DNA of 64,000 nucleotides from Microbotryum violaceum. Taxonomy: Eukaryota. Positions within the stretch are counted from its first letter, which is position 1; each line of letters starts with the position of its first letter. The notes beneath the pieces are model-generated. The model was not told the origin of the DNA and made no database searches. It was given only the letters and a program-made list of their open reading frames with translations. Location of the stretch: assembly GCA_001244265.2 (NCBI GenBank), contig CDLV01000007.1:868001-932000 (forward strand), in the 5' to 3' direction. Positions 1 to 15,488 of this stretch are shown one piece after another. A program made the position numbers and the translations under genes.

Positions 1-1878
1 TGCCAAACAACTCTTGACCCCCATAGACGTGTCCGTGCCGCCTCTGATCGTGCGAGGCCCCTTGATTCCCACCTCGGATCCTTCCTCGTCCTCCACCTCG
101 ATCGCACCCACCAGTGCCGATGCCGTGCCTCCGACCAATGCGACCGCCATTCCCGAGACCGAAGCCACGACCACATCCTCGATCAGGATCCAGTTGACCG
201 ATCAACAGATGCACGATCAGAGCAGGTGGACAGAGCAGAGGATACAGCGCAAGATGAGGGGAGAGTACGAGAGGGCAGGGCAGCAGCTCAGCGAGTTGGT
301 CAGTTGCGCCCACGCCATACATACCCCACACGGCGCAACGTGGTCCTGATCCCGTTTTTTGGTGGCTCGTACAGGTCAACGAATCATTGGACATACCTCT
401 AAGGCTCAACTCGATCCGGATCGTCGGCGCGAAAACGACCCGATCCTCGTTCCTCTCGTCTCTCGTCGCACCCTTCCTACCCGAGATCGCCCCCCCATCC
501 TACCTCCAAGCAGAACCCACATCACGACCCACATCATCCGACCCACCACAAACCTTGGCCTCGCTGCTCAGCACCACTCGCGAACTCTCGACCTTGCTGT
601 CCCAGTTTGACATTTTCCGGCAGATTGACGCCGTGCTCGAACAATCACCGAGTGTGCTCGCTGAACCGGGCGATGTCGATATCGTGCTACGCGTAAAGGA
701 GGCACCCAAGTACTTTTTGCGGACAGCGACCGATCTCGGCGACGGTGAAGGATCAGCCGTGAGCTTGACTCTCCTTAGACTCGTATTTCCTCCGTTCAAC
801 GCACTGACCACCTCTCCTCCCCGACTCGCCCATCCAAGACGGCGACGGCCCGGATCCGCAACGCTTTCGGAGGGGCGGAACAAGTTGAAGGCAACATCGC
901 GTTCGGGACGCGCACCAAGTCCGCCTTTCAACTCCGAGTCGATACCCCGATCAACGCCTCGCCAAACTCGCGTGCCGAACTCGCCGTCTTTTCCGCCAAT
1001 CGCGATTTGAGCTACTATGCCAGTTGTGGCGAGTACACCAAAGGTGCCCAGGCCAAGATCAGGGTCAGTTCAGCACGCCTTGACCCGCTCGGAGAATCTC
1101 CCTGCTGACCTTTCCGTATCTACAGACCTTGACCCCGTTTGGTCTGTCCGAACTCTCGTACGAAGCCGTACTGCGCAACCTCTCCGACATCCTACCCAAA
1201 GCCTCCATGTCAATCCGCAACGCCGCCGGACCGTCAGTCAAATCCTCCCTCTCGCACACCCTAACCAGGGACACGCGCGACGACCTCTTTGCGCCTACTC
1301 AAGGGTCCTTCCTCCGCTTCAAACAAGAATACGCCGGCCTGGGGGGCGACGCGCAATTCTTCAAAACGGAAACTGAAACTTCGACCAGTCGAGCGCTACC
1401 TTTCTGCCCACCCGGATGGACCCTGTCCTTCGGTTCGAGGACGGGTTGGTTACAACCCCTTAACGCCTCACGAACGTCCCATTTCATCGATCGATACCAA
1501 CTAGGAGGACCGACCTCGATGCGACAATTCCGACCGAATTCGCTCGGTCCCAAGGACGCGGCCGATCATTTGGGTGGGGACCTCTTCTGGGCCACCGGAC
1601 TTTCGCTCACCGTTCCCTTTACGCCTAAACCTCATTGGCCTCTGAAGGTACATACCTTCCTCAACGCGGGCAAGTTGTCCACCTTTGATCCTCAACAAGG
1701 TTATATGGGTAATTTGAAGGGTTTGGTCAAGGAACCTAGCGTGAGCGTAGGGTTGGGTTTGATGTATAGGCATTCATTAGTGAGGATCGAAGCGAACGTA
1801 GGCGTACCTTTGGCGATGGGCAAGCAGGAAGGTGGGGTCAAGGGATTGCAGTTTGGGTTGGGGATGAGTTTCCTTTGA
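1..1878 (+). CDS. SAM50: Mitochondrial outer-membrane SAM complex beta-barrel (Sam50/Tob55, Omp85 family); multi-exon, 5' end upstream of the window
   Basis: POTRA-like segment (IRIVGAKTTRSSFL...FDIFRQID). Omp85 motifs KSSLSHTLTRDTRDD, DRYQLGGPTSMRQF and LGGDLFWATGLSL. C-terminal beta-signal GLQFGLGMSFL. Introns at about 299-374, 759-838 and 1063-1125. The frame is open back to the window edge. Confidence 0.93.
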
Positions 1879-2371
1879 GAGAACGGTTTTTATAGGAGCT
1901 AGATAAGATTGAATAGACCCAGATCGGTCAGGCATTTAAAAAAAAGAACGTGCAACTCAGCACATCCCCTTTCCATGGGCACTCGCTTTTTGAGGCAACG
2001 CCTGACGTGGTTCAGATATAGGCAGGATTAAGAACGTCGAGTTAGATTCCACGCAGCTAGACGAAATGCTTACCCAACGCCCTTCTCGTAATATATGGGC
2101 AGACGAGGTACGCGAAAACAACGAACGAACACAGAAAAAATCGTACAATACACACAGTGTAGATGGGGGTCTTGGGAAAAGAAGGAATTGAAGTCAAAGT
2201 CGGGAACGGATCAGTGGAATATATATACGAGGCACACGACGACAGCCGCAACCCAGGGTGGGTTGGGGTTGACGTCTCTAGGAGGAGAAGGAAAAGCAAT
2301 AAATATTATACGCGTGTAGGGCACGTAGCGTTTATCTTTTTCGGTCTTGTCTGATCTTGTGCGAAGGGCGC

Positions 2372-4719
2372 CTATGGTCGATAAGGTTCCAATTCGGAAT
2401 CGCGAACCATCTGCACCCCCGTCCTGATCACATCCTCAACATCCATCCTAGGGCCCTTGGGGGACAGCTTGAGTCCCAAGATACCGCCGACCTCATCCGT
2501 CGCTCGAAGGATTCGATCGAGATCCTCCTTCGTATGCGCTGAAGAGAGACAGAATCTCACACGAGAAGCGACGAGCGGTGTCGCCGGGTAAGCGACGACG
2601 ACGACGACGATCTTGTGGCGTTCCAACATCATGCGGGAAAAGGACCCCATTTTTCCGGGGGAGAACAAGAGTAGAGGGACGATCGGACTGTCACGGTGAC
2701 CGTAGACGATGAAACCGAGCTTCTTGAGACCGCCCGAGAGGTAACGGCAGTTGAACGCAAGGCGACGTAGGCGGTCTTGGCCTTCGCGACCGTCCATGAG
2801 GTGCGGTGGCAGTTTTGCTAGCGCGGGGACGTAAGCGAGCGCTGCGGGGCCCATGATCGAGCCCATCGAGGTGACAATCTGAGACAAGACGGGAGGGGCC
2901 ATCGCTTCGGCGTAGTTTTGCGAATGCGACGTCAAGCGCAGAGCGTTGATCAAGGCGTGACTACCGGCGATGTAACCTCCCGAGGCACCGAACGATTTAG
3001 TGAAGGTGCCCATGAGGATGTCGATCCGCTTGGGGTCGACGCCAAAGTAGTCGCACACACCTCGACCGCGCGGACCGAGCGCACCGATCGAGTGGGCCTC
3101 ATCGATGTAGAGGTAAAACTTGTACTTCTCCTTAAGCTGCAAAATGACGGGTAGGTCGACCAGCGTCCCTTCCATCGAGTACAGGCCTTCGACGATGACC
3201 ATGATCTTCTTCCACGGTCGATGCGTCCGCGGCTGACCTTGCGACACGCATTCGCGCAACAGTTGCTCGAGATCCTTCATGTTGTTGTGCTTGTACTGAC
3301 GTACCATCGCGCCACTCAAGCGAGCACCGAACCGGATCGACGAGTGGTTGAGCTCATCCGAGATGACGAGGCAGCCCTTTGTCAGCAACGCCGGCAAGCT
3401 CGTCGAATTCGTGGCGAATCCCATCGACACGATCATCGCATCCTCGGTACCGAGGAAAGCGGCCACCAGTCGCTCGGCCTGGACGTGGAAGTCAGACGTG
3501 CCGACGTCGTTGCGTCCACCCGCAGCGGTGACGCCGAGTGTCTTGACCATCTCCTCGGCCTGATCTGCGCACGGGCCTCGAGTCTGCGCGAAACCGAGAT
3601 AGTTGTACGACGAGATGTTGAGCGCCTGCGTGGTTTCACCTGTAAAGGTGAAGTCGTGGAAAAACTCTGAAGGTGTGCGGTCGAGGATCGTAGCCGTGCG
3701 AGCGGCAACACCCGTGATGGGTCGAGCGAAACAATCCTCGATACGCAATTTCAGTCGACGAGTGTAAAACGAGTCGAAATCCGAGTACAGCGGAGCATAG
3801 CCCTGAAGTTGTTACGGAGATCTCTGTTCAGTTCGCCGGACTAGCACACGAGTTGGTGCAGATGTCCCCCAATCGATGACTCACGTTGCTCGGTTTGAGA
3901 TGCGCATACTCGCGCGGGAACAGCCGTTTGCCGATAAAATCGCGCAGGTGACCGATCAGAATCAACAGGGCGTCTGTGGCAACAAGGCAAGAATCAATTT
4001 GAGTCAGTTGAAATTCCCGATTGAGCGGATTCCTATAGGCAAGAGACTGACAGCTGACGTAGGTAAAAAGATAGACGAGCACGGATGGCTCCTCTTCTGA
4101 AGCGGAAAGATCGTCGCCGGGGGTGTACTGCGAGATGGTACGATGTGCGGGGTCTATGTCGTAGCCGTATTCGGAATGTCGCAACGAGTAAGGGTCCTGC
4201 GGGTTCGGCACAAAGTCGACATCGAAGGCGCGGGTGACGGGACGCGTCGCCGAGACGGCCGACGAGAGCGGCATCGAGGTGTTGAGTCCACGCCAGGTCA
4301 GGGAGCGGGTCGACTCATTGGAGTCATCGGATCCTGCCGAGTCGGAGCTGCTGCGTTTACGGCCATGGTGGTCGAATTGGGGCAGGGTCGAGGCGTACGA
4401 GATGAGCGACGAGGAGCCATTCGACGATGACCGCGTCCGTACCGAGGCGCGCGACTGCACCTGGGTCAAATACGACGCGGCGTCCTTTTTGGAGAGACAG
4501 CGCGAGCGCGCGGGCCACGACGACGACGACGACGACGATCGGAACCGCACGCACAGAGGCACAGAGGAAGATCAGAGAGCTTTCAAGGTCAGTGCAGGGT
4601 TCGATTGGGTTGAACGGGGTTGTTGTACGTACCATTCGATTGCCGTCGATGCCGGTCGTCGGCGTGGGTTTACGGGGATAGTGCGATGGCGGCGACGCAG
4701 CGGCTCCTCGAACAGGCAT
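2372..4719 (-). CDS. LCB2: Serine palmitoyltransferase catalytic subunit LCB2 (multi-exon)
   Basis: LNISSYNYLGFAQ, SDELNHSSIRFGARLSGA, RPWKKIMVIVEGLYSMEG, DEAHSIGALG and the PLP-lysine motif GTFTKSFGASGGY. Upstream exons include LLILIGHLRDFIGKR. The ATG at 4719 is inferred. Confidence 0.95.
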
Positions 4720-5377
4720 CGGGGCACCGGGAAGGGGCGCGGCTGACCAAGTTCGAGTGACAAGATCGCTTTATTAGCAGTGCGACTGTGCGACGCACGA
4801 AAGGAGCTGCTGCGGTGCGATCGGAAAGGGGTGTACAAGACATGCCCACGGTGAGCTTGACTATCACTGCGTACGATGCCGAGCTCCTGCGGTGTATGTA
4901 TGTACTGTGTACGTACGATGGGGCTAACGTAGCGTGTAGGCGCTCGATCCAGATCGGTGCAGGGACTCGGCAGCTCGTGTGTGGTGGATTGATCGTCGAG
5001 CTCAAGGCCGAGCTTCGCGCGCCGAGAGAGCGTGAGAGTCCTGTTGAAGCGACACGAGTTGCAAGGCGTGCGAACGACAGAAGGCGATGCAAGGAGAGAA
5101 GAGAAGGAGACGTGGAGACCCAGGGCCGAAAGTGAGCTGCGATGATCGCGGTGCAAGAGGAGGTCGGCGGCAGTCGGCAGCTCAGTGCAGCGCTATTACC
5201 GACGCCGTGCCAGCTTACGATTTCCCGAAGGAGTCCGAGCTCAATTTTTGGGAGTGCCGCGCCTCGAGCCAGAACGGGCAGAATTGACCGGGAATTCTGC
5301 CCGGGGTCGGTCCGTCTCCGACCTCTCTCGACACCCAAACCCCATCCCGTCACCCCTCACCACTCAGTCCTACAAAC

Positions 5378-7743
<2,366 letters not shown>

Positions 7744-8029
7744 CTACATGGTCCCGGAAGGTTGTAGGAGTTTGATTTAGTTTCTACCTTAAAAAAATAC
7801 TATGCATGTGAAGAAGTTTGATATGATATAGAGAGGGCAGAATCTCTAGATTGAAGAGGGCTGTGTAACTCACAGCTTAGGCGTGGAGCACTAGCACGCA
7901 TGTATATGAGAGAGGCTTCCTCCGAGTTATCAGCGCGCGTGCATCGACAAGGACAAGCGCTTCGCATCCGGCTGCCTCCTCACTTCCATCCCCCTCCTAC
8001 CACAACCCCACCCACCACCTCTCGCAACA

Positions 8030-9081
8030 ATGCAACCCACAACACGTCGCCTCATATCCTCCACCTCCACCTGTCTCGCCCGAGCGCCGCGAGGTCGTAG
8101 CGGAGCCAGCAAGGATCCCCTCGACATGGCGTCGATGATCCCCGGTACAGGTTCCGGCGGCGGCGGCTTCGATTACCCCTTGACGCGCCCTACAATCCTC
8201 AAGATGCAGGAGAAGAGGTTATTCTTGCATTATTTGAGGTTGGAGCAGTTGCAGTTCCCTGATTTGGGTGAGTTCGGAGTGTCGAGATGCCGAAGGTGCT
8301 GACGGTAGACAGACGGTTTTCCCCAAGGGTGTGGAGTCGTGTCTCGTGAACTGACATGAGCTGATTACGCTACACACCAGTCGCCTTCCGCCAAAAGTAC
8401 AAAAAACCCTCATCCGAACAAATCGTTCGAGTTCGTCATCAACACTATCAAGGCGAGCCCCACCCCGCGGCTCGCAAAGTGACCGTTTCCGTCAACTGCG
8501 ACGACCTCGCCTCGACGCTCGGGTCCGAACAAGCCCAACACAAGTTCAAGTTGTTGGCCGGACCTAGGTGGGACGCGACAAATGATGAGGTCAAGATGAG
8601 TTGTGAGCTGTTCCCTACACCGGAGATGAATGAACGGTGGTGTTCAGAGACGTTGGATAAGATGATTGCCGAGGCCAAGGTGAGTTTTCCGTCTTGGTCT
8701 GGCGCGGGTAGCGAACTAGAAGTTGGTTGGTCGAACATGAACCTAACTTTTGGGGGTTTTTTTTTTATCCCATAGGACCTGTCGGATCCCATGTCGGACA
8801 TCCCTTTGGACCCGCGACCGACGCTCTCTCGGTTGGTCAAATCCGGCAAGCACAAGATCGTCACCCTCAGCGACTTCCCCAAGGAATGGTTACCCGCTTC
8901 TCGCAAGCGCTCGAGACCAAGAAGGGACTCGATGATAGAAGCTGGACCGAAGGGAACAACCACGGTTTCTGCTGAAGGGACCCAGGCTGTTGAGGCGGAG
9001 GATAAGGTCGATGTTCAGAATTTGCCGAGTGCTGGTGTTGGGAAACAGGGTGGGGCGGAGATTCCGGCTCGTGAAGCATGA
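8030..9081 (+). CDS. RSM24: Mitochondrial small ribosomal subunit protein mS35/Rsm24 (multi-exon)
   Basis: Arg/Ser-rich presequence, VRVRHQHYQGEPHPAARKVTV, HKFKLLAGPRW, KMSCELFP...NERWCSETLDKMIAEAK, DIPLDPR and DFPKEWLP all fit the MRP-S28/Rsm24 domain. Confidence 0.85.
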
Positions 9082-9466
9082 TAGAATGGGCTGCAATTGG
9101 ATTTAGTGAACAAGACAGAAACTTGAAGCTTGGTCGATTCGCCAGGGTCGTAAGAAGGCTGTGCTCGGGCGGATCGGCCGGGTAGAGAAGATTGGCGCTC
9201 AACCGCAAATCAGTCCCACGCTGAGGCTAAGCGGTGTAGTGTCTTCTAGAGCATGTGCAGCCGATACGAGAGAGTAGGTAAGTCGGTCTTCATGAGCATT
9301 TCGTGAGCAACGAGAGCGGGGCCCTCAATGAGAAGCGTTCGGCAAAACCTCTCGAGAAGGTCCGTGCGCGCGAGTGCTGAGTGCATACAGTCAGGGCGAG
9401 GCGGTCACTGTTTTGAGCTCTTGCAGCCCACTCCACTCATCGCACCCGCGAACGCACACGCCCACG

Positions 9467-10606
9467 ATGGACCTCGACCCTACCTATCCTGTTGCATCCA
9501 CATCACGTCATCAAGCTATGGCGTCCACATCCGCCAAAGCCCCCACCACAACAACAAACACGGGACCCGGGACAGGCGGTTCCCACCTTCGACGCGTCGC
9601 CATCACCGAACAAGGTCTCCAGAAAGCCGCCGAATCGGTCCTCAAAGTTCTCACCCATGAATCCATGGTACAGTGCTTCCCTGAATTCCTTCCCGTGTTC
9701 GTCAAGACGTATGGGGAGGAGGAAGGACAGGTGCAGTTTGATCGGTTGGTCGAATCGTTGAAGGAGGTGCTGGTGGAGCATTATAGGGAGGGAATTCCGG
9801 TTAGTTGGCGCTTTCGAAAAAAGTGGATGGGGCCAGGGGGAAGTTCGTGAGGTGTGCTGATACGTGCGGATGGATCTAAAACAGCTCGCTTGGACAGACA
9901 TGTGTGAACGGTTCGATTGGATCGCTCGCGCCAACGCGTTGGATGAGATTGTCGAGCGAGCGAGGCAGGAGAAGGCGCAGGGACGAACGCCGAGGAACTT
10001 ATATGTGTATGTCACGAGACACTGCGTGATTGGTTCGTGCCCGATGACTGACGTGTAAACTCTCGTTATCGCCCTCCTCTCGACACCTCTCGACGCTGGC
10101 CACTCCCTTCTCGGCGTTGATCTTCACGAACTTAGCAAGGGGGCGGATGGACGCTTGACAATACCGAGTGCCACCGTACCCGTGCTCAAGGACGCTACTG
10201 CATCATTGAGGGCCAGAAGAGTAGCGGTGAGCAATCGAGGTGTTCGACAAAGATGCAAATGTTGCAACAATCTGAACCCTGATCCTCCAAAATAATATTG
10301 CTTTTGGCGAATCGTATCAGCTCGAGGAAAAGAACCGGGCGACGTTCGAACGCATCGTTCAGAACCAAGCCGTAGCGGATAGGACAGAAAAACAGATCAA
10401 GGAAATCGTCGAGGACTTCCGAAGGGTAAGAGATTTCGAACAGAGTTCTCGGCCGGATCGGAGAGTCATGCGCTGATGAACTCTGCGCCAAATGCTTGAG
10501 GTGACTCCAGGCGGTCAAGATGCTATCGACGGTCGATATGAACGAGTTGACCGAGCTGCAGAACCAGGTCGTGCAAGCCTTGCCGGCGGATGCGATCGTC
10601 ACGTAG
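9467..10606 (+). CDS. Probable kinetochore MIND/Mis12-complex subunit, Nnf1-like (multi-exon)
   Basis: QCFPEF..., WTDMCERFDWIARANALDEIVERARQEK and a coiled-coil C-terminus resemble Nnf1/PMF1. Several canonical GT-AG introns. Confidence 0.55.
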
Positions 10607-10980
10607 ATCCGGTCCCGAGGTGGCGGACTTTCAGGTTTAGCCGATTCGCGAGCTGTACGATGGGGTTTTGTATTCGTCATTGTGCAATAGTCACCCAAGT
10701 GCTGTTCTTTAGTCGTGTCCGGCGAGATGCACCTCCCTTACGAAAGGACGACCCAACATCGACGTCGACTTTGCTATCCGCGGTGCGGCATTCGCTGTCA
10801 AATTGCCAATCTCGGGCGGGACCTCGTCGGTGGGCGCGAATTTGTCATCGGGCAACGGGCAAGCCGGAGCGCAAGCTACGCGCGCTGGCCCCCGCGATTG
10901 ATATTGATCAGCGGCTACTTCGATTCCCTCATCTTTGCTTGTCGTTCTATCTCCCTCCCTCCCAGTGGCATCACCAGTGT

Positions 10981-13107
10981 ATGCTTCATCGCCCTCTGCT
11001 CAGTTTCACTCTCAGCAGCACTACTACTCGACTCTTACCTCGCTCGACCCCTACCCGAGCGTTCGTTTCCACTCGTAGCAGCAGCTCTAGCTCGTCCCGC
11101 TTCAACCAGCACCAGCACCACCACTCGGCCACTTTCTTGAGCCTGCTCACCGCTTGCGCCGCGGTCTCGTCGACCCACTTGTCCCGACCTCTCCACACGA
11201 TGGCCCCTATCGAAGTCAACGGCGGTGCCGCGGCCGAGAAGCCGTCCAAGCACAACAAAGTCGTCATCATCGGATCTGGTCCCGCCGGTTAGTTCTTGCT
11301 TCCCCCTTGTCCTTTTTCCTGGCTCGCCGAGCCCGTTTGAGGCCGTCAGTCTGTCAGCCGGAAGTGGTCGTGCTGTGGCGCGGCGCCATTCGCCAATTTC
11401 CCCGAACCTCATCGAAGGGCACGCCTCGCTGGCTGCAAGATGATTTCAGCATAATTTGCTCGATGAAACAAGTACACCCGTGAACGAGGTGACTGATAGG
11501 TCAATGATTCACTTGCCCATAATCAGGTCACACCGCGGCTATCTATCTTGCCCGCGCCAACTTGGAACCGGTCATGTACGAGGTCAGTAGCACGCACTAA
11601 CTCGGTCTGCGCCGTCTTCGCCCATGATCTGGCGCGGGCTTTGCAATGTCTTCACGAGTGGTTGTAGTAGACGTCGCTGACATGTTTTCTTGCCTCTCGA
11701 CGTTGGCTTTCGCTCTCTGCAGGGTATGCTCGCCAACGGGTGAGTGGGTCCATTTCCGGTCTTATATCCCCGGAAATATTCGTCGCGTGGACGCTCTAAG
11801 GAGCATGCAAGGCTGACATACTGCTCTCTTGTCTTGATACGCAATCCAATCCACTCGCAGTGTCGCTGCCGGAGGACAATTGACGACCACAACAGAAGTC
11901 GAGAACTTCCCTGGATTCCCCGAGGGTATCCGCGGTCCGGAGATGATGGACCTCTTCCGCGCCCAGTCGATCCGCTTCGGTACCAAGGTGCACACCGAGA
12001 CCGTTTCCAAAGTTGGTAAGTTCATCGCACCATTTCACCAGTATGGATGTGAAATTGCGGCTAGTGCGGTAGTCTCGAAGCTCGGTCACGGTGCTAATTC
12101 GCTCTTCGGATCCCTTGGTCTTGCTTTCATGATTCGTTCAGACCTCTCCTCGCGACCTTTCAAGTACTGGCGTGAAGGAGCAGAGCAAGAGGAACCCGAA
12201 ACGGCCGAGACAATCATCATCGCGACTGGTGCCTCGGCGCGTCGCCTGCATCTCCCGGGAGAAGAGACCTATTGGCAGTCCGGTATCTCGGCCTGCGCCG
12301 TCTGCGATGGTGCGGTCCCCATCTTCCGCAAGAAGCCCCTGGCTGTCATTGGTGGTGGTGACTCGGCATGCGAAGAGGCCATGTACCTCACAAAAGTGAG
12401 ACGTTTTTTCGCGGCCATCGTGCATCGCCTCTTCTGCCATCCTCTCTGAGCTGACTGTTTCTTCGGTACCGACGATGTTCTCCTCTTTCTCAAACAGTAC
12501 GGCTCGCACGTCTACGTGATCGTGCGACGAGATGTGCTGCGCGCGTCCAAGATTATGGCGAACCGTTTGCTCAAACACCCCAAAGTGACTGTGCTGTGGA
12601 ACACTGAGCCCGTCGAGGCCAAGGGCGATGGCGATCTGCTGCAGGCGCTCGTCATCAAGGACACAAAATCGGGCGAGACCAAGGACTTGCCGATCAACGG
12701 TCTCTTTTACGCTATTGGTGAGTGGGGCTCCTTATCGCCCGGATCCCAAAGCGAGCTTGCGAAGACACCAGGTGCTGACGAGATCTGGTTTGCAATGGTT
12801 TTGCAGGACACGAGCCGGCGACATCACTCGTACGCGGTCAACTCAAGACCGACGAGGATGGGTACATCATCACCGAGCCCGGAACGTCGCTCACCTCGGT
12901 CAAGGGTGTCTTTGCTGCTGGTGACGTGCAGGACAAGAAGTATCGACAGGTGTGTTTGCGCAACCCTGAGTCTCCGAACCGAGTAGGCTATTGACGGGCT
13001 CGTTGTTTATCATTCTCACACAGGCCATCACTTCGGCCGGTACGGGTTGCATCGCTGCATTAGAGGCCGAACGCCTGTTAGCCGAGGAGGAAGTCCACGA
13101 CCAATAG
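10981..13107 (+). CDS. TRR1: Low-molecular-weight thioredoxin reductase (multi-exon, including a 17-nt microexon encoding GMLANG)
   Basis: [41 protein letters not shown], redox motif [31 protein letters not shown] and [11 protein letters not shown]. Confidence 0.96.
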
Positions 13108-13674
13108 ATAGCGAAACCCCAAAACGAGGCGGAGGGAACAATTCATGACACCAGCAACTCATCGACGTAAATCCCAAAAACCACACCGACCTCATTCTCG
13201 GCCTAAATTGCGGCTCAAGTTCCTGGGTAAGGCGTTTCATAATGTCATTCTCCCCAATCTTCTCTTCGTCGTTCTTCTTTGTTTGTGCAATGATAATCTG
13301 AAAGGGGGGCAATTACTACATGCCCATTGGTAATTGCTTGAGATTGCTGCTTTTTTGAAGAGGAGGTGCAAAGAGTCGACAGACCTTCGCTAGGGGTTAT
13401 CAATGGGAGAAGGGTGACGTGTCGATCGAGTACGTCGGTTTGCAAGCCTTGCGCTCCGCGGCACAACGGGCGGCACACTGGTTTTAGCGGCTCCGGTTTC
13501 CTCGCACCCGGTTCCCGACTAATGCCTCGGGCGTGGAGCCGGCGCCGGGGCGCGGCCTGGGAGGGGGGGCAAGATGCTCTTCCCAGATCAAAGACTCGGG
13601 CTCGGGGTCCCTTCTTTCTCCTTACTTACCACATCACTTCGACTCACCTACTTCAACCTCAACTCACCTACAAC

Positions 13675-15299
13675 ATGCCCATCGACTTTGAAAAGGCTAT
13701 CGGTGAGTGCACTGCTTCCCATTTGCCCTTTTGGGTGGACAAATTAGCCCCATGCCCGCCATTGTGCTACCGGCTGCGGGCCCCACACCGTTTACCCCGG
13801 GCTTGTGCGAGGCGATTCGGGCGGACAGGAGCGACTTAATGACGACCGCCAAATGAGATCCCTCACCTCCTGTTAAGAGCGGACCGCTAACTTGCTCTTT
13901 TGGTGTTGCATTTTGGTTCAGGCTACGAGAAGACCCCCGCTGCAGTCTCGTGGAACCAACGTGACTTGTTGCTCTATGCCGCGGGTACGTTTCAAATCTC
14001 CGAGATCTCTTCTCGAGACCTCGAATGAGGGCCAATCCCGGGACTGTAGACTGAGTGAATGTGCGTTGTTTGATGGTGTCGTAGGTATCGGAGCCAAGCG
14101 CAACGAGTTGACGAATCTGTTCGAGCTCAACAAGGACTGGCAACCTTTCCCGACCTACCCGCTCGTCCTCGGTAAGTTATCGGACCCACTCGTGGGCAAA
14201 CTTGGTTGCCTCCTGAGGCGCTCCTCACCAAACTATCTGCTCGAAAAGAATCACGGCAAATTGCTAACTTCATCCCTCTCTTGAATCAGGCCTGAAGGGC
14301 GACTCCGAATCGATCAACAATTTTTCCAAAGCCAAAGACGCCGGAGGAGCCACTCCCGGTCTCCCCGCGTTGAACCCCAAAAAGTTGGTCCACGCCGAGC
14401 AATCCATCTGGATCCTTAAGCCCATCCCCGCCGATTCGGGTAAGGGGTGGAAGTTGCGCAAGCAGAGCGTAGGCGTCAAGGACACGGGCAAGGGTTTAAT
14501 CGTCGATGATTCGCAGGAGTTGGTTGGCCCGGATGGGGGGGTTTATGTGAGGATGTGAGTACTGCTTGGCCTGCGGCTCAATTTGGTCGAGCAGTAAAGG
14601 AGTGGAACATTGACGATGTTTGTCACCTGCTGCCCTTCCTCTCAGGATCTCGAGTGGTTACGCCTTCGGCGACTATACCAAGGACGAACCCAAGTGGAAG
14701 GGGTTCCAAAAGAGCATCGCTCCCAAGCAGCCGACCAAGGCCGCTAACAAGCCTCCTGCGCGGAAGCCCGACGTTGTCTTCTCCGAGAAGACGACTGAGG
14801 AACAGGCTGTTATTTACCGACTGAGTGGTGATTACAACCCGCTTCACATCGAGCCTTCGATCGGAAAAGTAGGTTCTTCTCTTCTTCCCATGTCGCTTCG
14901 GGCTTGAAGCTGATAAAGCTCTCCAACGAATCGCCCTTTTTACAGGAGTTGGGTTTCCCCGGTGCTATCCTGCACGGCTTGTGCTCGTACGGTCATGCGG
15001 CCCGAGCGCTCGTTCTTAACACTACGGGTGGAGACGGCTCCAAGCTCGTGTACATGTCAGCTCGATTTACGAGGTATGTCTCCTCGCTCTCTTGGATCGC
15101 TCTCAGCCCCTGAGCTGATCATCCGTCCCCTCGTTGAAACAGCCCCGTGATGCCCGGCGACGAGCTCGAGACTTCGATGTGGTTCAGTTCCGAGGGGGAG
15201 AACACCCGTGTCGATTTCATCCAAAAGATCGTCCAAACGGGCAAGACGTGCTTGGGTGGCGGTGTTGCGCTTTTCAAGGGCAAGACTAGCAAGCTTTGA
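13675..15299 (+). CDS. Peroxisomal MaoC-like (R)-enoyl-CoA hydratase 2 / MFE-2 hydratase-domain protein
   Basis: WNQRDLLLYAAGIGAK, FPTYPLVL, LVHAEQ and the hydratase-2 signature YRLSGDYNPLHI...ILHGLCSYG. C-terminal PTS1 ...KTSKL* with stop at 15297-15299. Confidence 0.9.
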
Positions 15300-15488
15300 G
15301 GATCTTTATTGTCTGTTTACTTAGTAGTTCGAACTGGACCTCTCTCTTTTTCTCTCTCTCTATGTGTTCGTTTTGAATGTGCAATGGGAGCAAGCTGACA
15401 TCAGTCGCGAACCTATTTTGTGCGAATTTATCTTGTCCGAGCATTTACTGTGTCCGACCATTTACTGTGTCCGATCACCTACTGTCTC

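Noticed and set aside
11288-11526. Possible C/D snoRNA in TRR1 intron 1 (ATGATT...CTGA)
   Set aside because: Box C is imperfect and I could not identify a guide complementary to rRNA or snRNA.
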